Origin: an uncultured delta proteobacterium
Lineage (GTDB): Bacteria > Myxococcota > Myxococcia > Myxococcales > Myxococcaceae
Direction: 5' to 3'
DNA: 64,000 nt
NCBI GenBank assembly: GCA_963771175.1
Contig: CAVYSY010000046.1
Location: forward strand, 192,001 to 256,000
Shown piece after piece: positions 58,795 through 64,000 of this stretch. Each line of letters opens with the position of its first letter. Within the stretch, counting starts at the first letter, position 1. Position numbers and translations under genes: made by a program. The notes under the pieces were generated by a model. It did no database searches. It saw only the letters and a program-made list of their open reading frames with translations, and was not told where the DNA came from.

Positions 58795-59618
58795 CACCGC
58801 TCGCCCTCCGCCTCCGGGGTGCTCGCCGCCGCCGGGTAGTAGGGATGGCCTTCAATCGGGGCCAGTCCGCCTTCCGGCACGGGGACCTCCACCTCGTCAT
58901 CGGGGAGGAAGGCCGGACGGTCCACGCACAGCACCGTCTGCTCGAGGGTCCTCGGGTTGTCGTAGCGGTGCGGGAAGCGCTTCGGCCACCGGAAGCCCGT
59001 GCCCGCCGGCACCGGTCGGCCCTGGAGCAGCAGCCCGTGGCCCAGCACCAGCTCGGCCTCGTTCATCACCCGGTGCTCGTGCGTGGGGATGGTGCGGCCC
59101 GGGGCCACGCGCAGTCGGTAGATGCCAACGTGCTCGTCCTCGAAGAGGACGTCCACCCGCCCGAAGGACTTCTCCTCCGTCTCGAACTGGTACTCGTCCG
59201 CGGTGCGGTGCACCTGCAGCGAGGCGAGGCCCGCTCGGCCCAGGGCCTCCGGCTTGGACAGCCGCAGGGTGACGGCCCGCACCGCGGCTCGGGCCGAGTC
59301 CTCGGTGGGCGGGGCCAGGATGTAGCGGCAGAGGGCCTCGGCGGCTGTCTCCAGCATGCGGAAGTCGGCCGTCTCCAGCAGGAAGCGCAGCTCCCCGGAC
59401 AGCCGCGCGTAGTCCACCGTGTCCCGGAGGCTGCCCTCCGCGGCGGCCTTCCGGGTGTCCAGGTACAGCGCCACGTCGAGATCCAGCGGCTGCGGCGTGC
59501 CTCGCTCGGCGGGGTACACCCCGACGATGCACCGGACGGGGAGCTGGCGCAGTTCGATCACATCCAGCGGGCGGCCCTGCGCGTCACGCGGGGCACCCTC
59601 GGAGAGGGGGCGGTTCAT
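58791..59618 (-). CDS. Dihydroneopterin aldolase (FolB) domain fused to a cupin-like domain
   Basis: CIVGVYPAER..QPLDLD..TVDYA..MLETAAE..LSKPEA, then IPTHEH..EAEL..PHRYDN. Confidence 0.8.
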   Translation of the reverse strand: MNRPLSEGAPRDAQGRPLDVIELRQLPVRCIVGVYPAERGTPQPLDLDVALYLDTRKAAAEGSLRDTVDYARLSGELRFLLETADFRMLETAAEALCRYILAPPTEDSARAAVRAVTLRLSKPEALGRAGLASLQVHRTADEYQFETEEKSFGRVDVLFEDEHVGIYRLRVAPGRTIPTHEHRVMNEAELVLGHGLLLQGRPVPAGTGFRWPKRFPHRYDNPRTLEQTVLCVDRPAFLPDDEVEVPVPEGGLAPIEGHPYYPAAASTPEAEGERW

Positions 59619-60340
59619 AGCTGGGCGCTCCGGGCTCCATCCACGGCGATCACCTGTCCGGAGATATAAGGGGCCTCGCGGGCCAGGAAGACGACGACCC
59701 GGGCCACATCCTCGGCCGTGCCCACCCGCCCGAGGGGGATGCGGGCGAGGATGGCCTTCCGGGTGGCCTCGTCGAAGTCCTCCGGGAAGACGACCGTCCC
59801 CGGGGAGATGGCGTTCACCCGCACCTGGGGAGCCAGCTCCACGGCCAGCGCCCGGGTGAGCATGAGCAGCCCCGCCTTGCTGACGGAGTAGTGGGCATAG
59901 TTGCTCTCCGCTCGCTCCGCGCCAATGTCGGTGAGGTTCACGACGAGCGGGTGGGGGGTGGCTCGCAAGGCCGGGAGCAGCGCCTGGGTGAGGAAGAAGG
60001 GTGCCTCCAGGTTGACCCCCATCATCCGGTGGTACTGCTCCCGGGTGATGTCCTCGAAGGCCGCCCGCTCGTAGATGCCCGCGTTGTTCACGAGGATGTC
60101 GATGGTCGGGTGGGCCTCGCGCAGGGTCGCCGCCAGCGACTCCAGCTCGCGCGGCGCCCCCAGGTCGGCGCGGTACACGGTGGCACTCCGGCCCAGGGCG
60201 CGGGCCTTCCCGGCGACCTCCTCGGCTCCCTCGGTCGAGCGGTGGACGTGCAGGGCCAGGTCGTACCCCACCTCGGCGAGCGCCAGGGCGATGGCCTTTC
60301 CGATCCGGATGCCCGCCCCGGTGACGACTGCTGTTGGCAT
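59615..60340 (-). CDS. Pteridine reductase-like SDR (PTR1/FolM family)
   Basis: VVTGAGIRIG, HVHRS, LVNNA, NLEAPFFL, YSVSKAG, ELAPQVRVNAISPG. Confidence 0.82.
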   Translation of the reverse strand: MPTAVVTGAGIRIGKAIALALAEVGYDLALHVHRSTEGAEEVAGKARALGRSATVYRADLGAPRELESLAATLREAHPTIDILVNNAGIYERAAFEDITREQYHRMMGVNLEAPFFLTQALLPALRATPHPLVVNLTDIGAERAESNYAHYSVSKAGLLMLTRALAVELAPQVRVNAISPGTVVFPEDFDEATRKAILARIPLGRVGTAEDVARVVVFLAREAPYISGQVIAVDGARSAQL

Positions 60341-60474
60341 GAATGTCTCCCTCGGCTTTTCCTCGGGCCTGGGTATACAGGACCCACGGGCCGTCTGAGG
60401 GGAGGACGAGCGCTCACATCGCGGTCCCGAGGCTGTTAGAACGTCTGGCACCGATTCGAGGGGCCCACACCCAC

Positions 60475-61875
60475 ATGGACGCACGCATCGTCGAGTTCGC
60501 CGAGGTCCTCCGCCAGAACGGGGTGCGGGTCAGCACGTCCGAGGTCTCGGACGCGGCCCGGGCGGCCTCCGAGGTGGGGCTCCAGGACAAGGGCGCGTCT
60601 TCCGCTCGGTGCTGCGGACCACCCTGGTCAAGCGCCAGCAGGACGTGGACGTCTTCAACCGGGCCTTCGACTTCTTCTTCTCGGGGGCGGCGAAGACGTT
60701 CGAGGCGATCGACAAGTCGCTGGCGCAGCAGATTCAGGAGCAGGGGCTCATCGAGGGCGACAACCTCACGATGCTCCTGTTCCAGATGAACCAGCTCTTC
60801 CCCGAGCTGTCCCCGCTGGCCCAGGCGGCGCTGATGGGAGACCGGGCGCAGGCTCGCGCAGATCTTCCGGGCGGCCACGCTGCAGTTGGACCTCTCGCAG
60901 ATGCAGAGCTCGATGCAGACGGGCTTCTTCTCCCGGCGCCTGCTGGTGGCGGCGGGAGTGGACCGGGCGCGCTCGGAGCTGAAGGGGATGGAGGACGAGC
61001 TGCGCAAGCGGGGCCTGCCGGCGGAGGGGGTGGAGATCGTCTCGCGCCACGTGGCCGAGGCCATGCGCAAGGTGGAGGAGGCGGCGCGGCGCGAGGTGAA
61101 GCGCCAGGCCGAGGCGCGCATCCGCAAGCCCGCGGGTGGGGTGGTGGACAAGCCGCTGCACCAGCTCAGCCAGGCCGAGGTGAACCAGATGGAGGCGGCG
61201 GTGCAGACGCTGGCGGAGAAGCTGAAGGCCCGGCTCATCCGCAAGGCGCGCTCGAAGCGGAAGGGGACGCTGAACGTCCGCCGCACGCTGCGCCGCAACC
61301 TGCCGTGGGGTGGGGTGCCCATGGTGCCCCTGTTCCGCGCCCGCCGCCCCGAGCGCCCCGAGGTCGTCGTCCTCTGTGACGTCTCGGACTCGGTGCGCAA
61401 CGCGTCGCGGATGATGCTGCTCTTCACCTACACGCTGCAGTCGCTCTTCGTGCGCGTGCGCTCGTTCGTCTTCGTCTCGGACGTGGGCGACGTGACGCAG
61501 TACTTCAAGGAGCAGGACGTGGACCGCGCGATCGACCTGGCCACCATGGGGCAGGCCGTCTCGCTCACCGCCAACTCCAACTACGGCCGGGCGCTGGCCG
61601 CCTTCACGCGAGATCAGCTCGGCAGCATCACCCGCCGGACCACGGTGATGATCATCGGGGACGGCCGCAACAACTACAACGCCAACAACGCCTGGGCGCT
61701 CAAGGACCTGAAGCAGAAGTGCAAGCGGCTCCTGTGGATCTGCCCCGAGGACCGTGGCAACTGGGGCTTCGGGGACAGCGAGATGCTCACCTATTCGAAG
61801 GAATGCCACCAGACCGTGGTGGTCAACTCCGTGGCCGACCTGTCCCGCATCGCGGAGCAGCTCGTCCCCGCCTGA
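60475..61875 (+). CDS. VWA domain protein, CoxE-like; frameshifted
   Basis: LNVRRTLRRN, LCDVSDSV MIDAS, SNYGRAL, IIGDGRNNY. Confidence 0.85.
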
Positions 61876-61886
61876 AAGACACGCCC

Positions 61887-62390
61887 ATGTCCCGTTCCAT
61901 GTTCGATGATCTCGAGTCCGCTCCGGCCGTTGGCATGGAGGCGGCCGATGCGAGGACCCTCCGGCTCTCCGCCCACCCCCTCACCCAGGACGAGCTGCAG
62001 TCCCTCGTCCGCTACCAGGAGGCCTACCTCGCCCATGCCGAGCAGCCCGCGGTGGGGCACGACGGCCTCGGGGCCGCGCACGAGCTCGGCCTGAAGGCCT
62101 CCGGCCTGGAGGTGAAGAAGGTGGAGCTGGGCCTCTCCCTGCTGCGCGCCTACTCCGGCAAGCGCTGGACGGTTCGCAAGCTGCGCACCCGCCTGGCGGA
62201 GCTGGAGCGGCAGTCCGACGCCGTCTCCACCGAGAAGGCTCGCCGGGCCCGCGAGGAGATGGCCCGCGTCGAGGATCTGGACCCCCTGGCCCGGCGTTAT
62301 GGCCAGGAGACGATCGACCTCCTCAACGAGCACGAGGAGCGCCTCGTCGACCTCCACGCCCGGATGCAGAAGGCCCACAGCCGGGTGTAG
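61887..62390 (+). CDS. Hypothetical helical protein
   Basis: ORF between the VWA gene and miaB with typical codon usage. Confidence 0.6.
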   Translation: MSRSMFDDLESAPAVGMEAADARTLRLSAHPLTQDELQSLVRYQEAYLAHAEQPAVGHDGLGAAHELGLKASGLEVKKVELGLSLLRAYSGKRWTVRKLRTRLAELERQSDAVSTEKARRAREEMARVEDLDPLARRYGQETIDLLNEHEERLVDLHARMQKAHSRV

Positions 62391-62473
62391 ATCGCCCGCC
62401 CGCCCGCTCGCCGGGTGGTTGCAATCCGCCGGGGCCCATCGGATAAGGGCCCGTTCTCCGTACGGAAAGACCC

Positions 62474-63861
62474 ATGAAGCGCTACTTCATCCACACCTTC
62501 GGCTGCCAGATGAACGTCAACGACTCGCTCCGCATGAGCGAGGTGCTCGGCGAGCTGGCATACCGGCCCACGCCGGCCCCGGAGGAGGCGGACCTCATCA
62601 TCCTCAACACCTGCTCCATCCGCGAGAAGGCCGAGGACAAGATGCTCTCCGCCCTGGGCCGCTACCGCACGGTGAAGCTCGCCCGCGGCACGCTGATCGG
62701 CGTGGGCGGGTGCGTGGCGCAGCAGGAGAAGGACAAGCTCCTCAAGAAGGTGCCCTACCTGGACTTCGTCTTCGGCCCGGACACCATCGCCAAGCTGCCG
62801 GAGATCATCGGCCGCGTGCAGGGCGAGCGCGAGCGCGTGGTGGAGACCGCCTGGGTGGACTCGCGAGGAGTACGTCTTCCCGCGCGCCGACCCCGAGACG
62901 AGCCGCGGCAAGGTGACCGAGTTCGTCACGGTGATGAAGGGCTGCGACAACGTCTGCGCCTTCTGCGTGGTGCCGCACACCCGCGGCCGCGAGGTGAGCC
63001 GGGCCTTCCCGGAGGTGCTCGCCGAGGTGGCGGACCTGGCCAAGGTGGGCGTGCGCGAGGTGACGCTCATCGGGCAGAACGTGAACTCGTACCGGGGCGG
63101 CATCAGCTTCGCGCAGTTGCTGCTGCGCACCGCCGAGGTGCCGGGCATCGAGCGCGTGCGCTTCACCACCAGCCACCCGCACGACCTGTCGGACGAGCTG
63201 ATCGAGGCCTTCCGCGTCGCAGCCGAAGATCATGCCGCACTTCCACCTGCCGGTGCAGAGCGGCTCGGACCCGGTGCTCAAGCGGATGCGGCGCGACTAC
63301 ACCGTGGCCGAGTACCTGGAGCGCCTGGAGAAGCTGCGCGCGGCGCGTCCGGACATCGCGGTCACCACGGACATCATCGTGGGCTTCCCCGGCGAGACGG
63401 AGGAGGACTTCGCGCTCACGCTGGAGCTCACCGAGAAGGTCCGTTACGAGAACCAGTTCTCGTTCATCTACGCGCCCCGCCCGAAGACGGGCGCGGCGCT
63501 CAAGGAGAAGGAGTGGGGCCTGGTGCCGCACGAGGTGAAGATCGAGCGGCTGGAGCGCCTGCAGAAGATCCAGCGGCGCATCAGCGGCGAGCTCATGGCC
63601 GCGGAGCAGGTGGGCACGGAGGTGGAGGTGCTGGTGGAGGGCCCCTCGCGCTACAACCCGCTCAAGCGCTTCGGCCGCACGCCGGAGAACCGCACGGTGA
63701 ACTTCGACGGCGACGCGCCGGCCGGAGCCTTCGTGAAGGTGAAGGTGGAGAGCGCCACGCCGAACCAGCTCGCCGGCAAGCAGACGGCGGTGCTGAGCCT
63801 CCCGACGGTGATGCCCGCCGCCGAGGCCCCCCAGCCCGAGCTCTCGTGCGTCGTCGCCTGA
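62474..63861 (+). CDS. miaB: tRNA-2-methylthio-N6-dimethylallyladenosine synthase; frameshifts ~62865, ~63220
   Basis: [53 protein letters not shown]-terminal TRAM. Confidence 0.95.
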
Positions 63862-63883
63862 GCCTGTCCTCCCAGGAGCACCC

Positions 63884-64000
63884 ATGGCCCTGAGACGTTT
63901 CAAAGACCACTCCCCGCGCGTCCACCCGAGCTGCTTCGTCGAGGACTCGGCGCAGGTCATCGGGGACGTGGAGCTGGGGGAGGACTCCTCGGTGTGGTTC
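63884..64000 (+). CDS. Gamma carbonic anhydrase family protein, partial
   Basis: [39 protein letters not shown]. Confidence 0.85.
   Translation, partial: MALRRFKDHSPRVHPSCFVEDSAQVIGDVELGEDSSVWF

Overview
GC-rich myxobacterial DNA (inferred Archangiaceae/Myxococcaceae-like from gene content). It has many single-base indels that break otherwise normal genes, including rpsA and miaB, so these are most likely long-read errors. Bases 1-15.2 kb hold the start of a minus-strand NRPS cluster that runs off the left edge: NRPS-1 (degenerate C, A[basic amino acid], N-MT, T; C-A[Ile]-T; C-A[Ile]-T), then NRPS-2 (C-A[Ile]...), with a divergent MFS exporter. The three Ile modules share a near-identical 1.7 kb block. 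Bases 15-44 kb are accessory: a DUF5916-type outer-membrane protein, thioredoxin, a TetR/DUF4188 pair with visible operators, two Ser/Thr kinases, an internally deleted lipoprotein toxin-like gene with an intact immunity-like partner, a three-gene secreted/PPC operon, GuaB1, an ABC exporter, a desaturase, an M35 protease with a stand-alone prodomain lipoprotein, SppA, and a lower-GC pseudokinase-HTH-DUF2381 remnant. Bases 44-64 kb are mostly housekeeping: Mrp/ApbC, acyl-CoA catabolism, rpsA, thiolase, ScoAB, an RlmD-like enzyme, QueD, a pterin reductase/FolB-cupin/SDR operon, a VWA protein, miaB and a gamma-CA family gene. No tRNA, rRNA, CRISPR array or transposase was recognised. Family assignments come from motif recognition by eye, not database searches.
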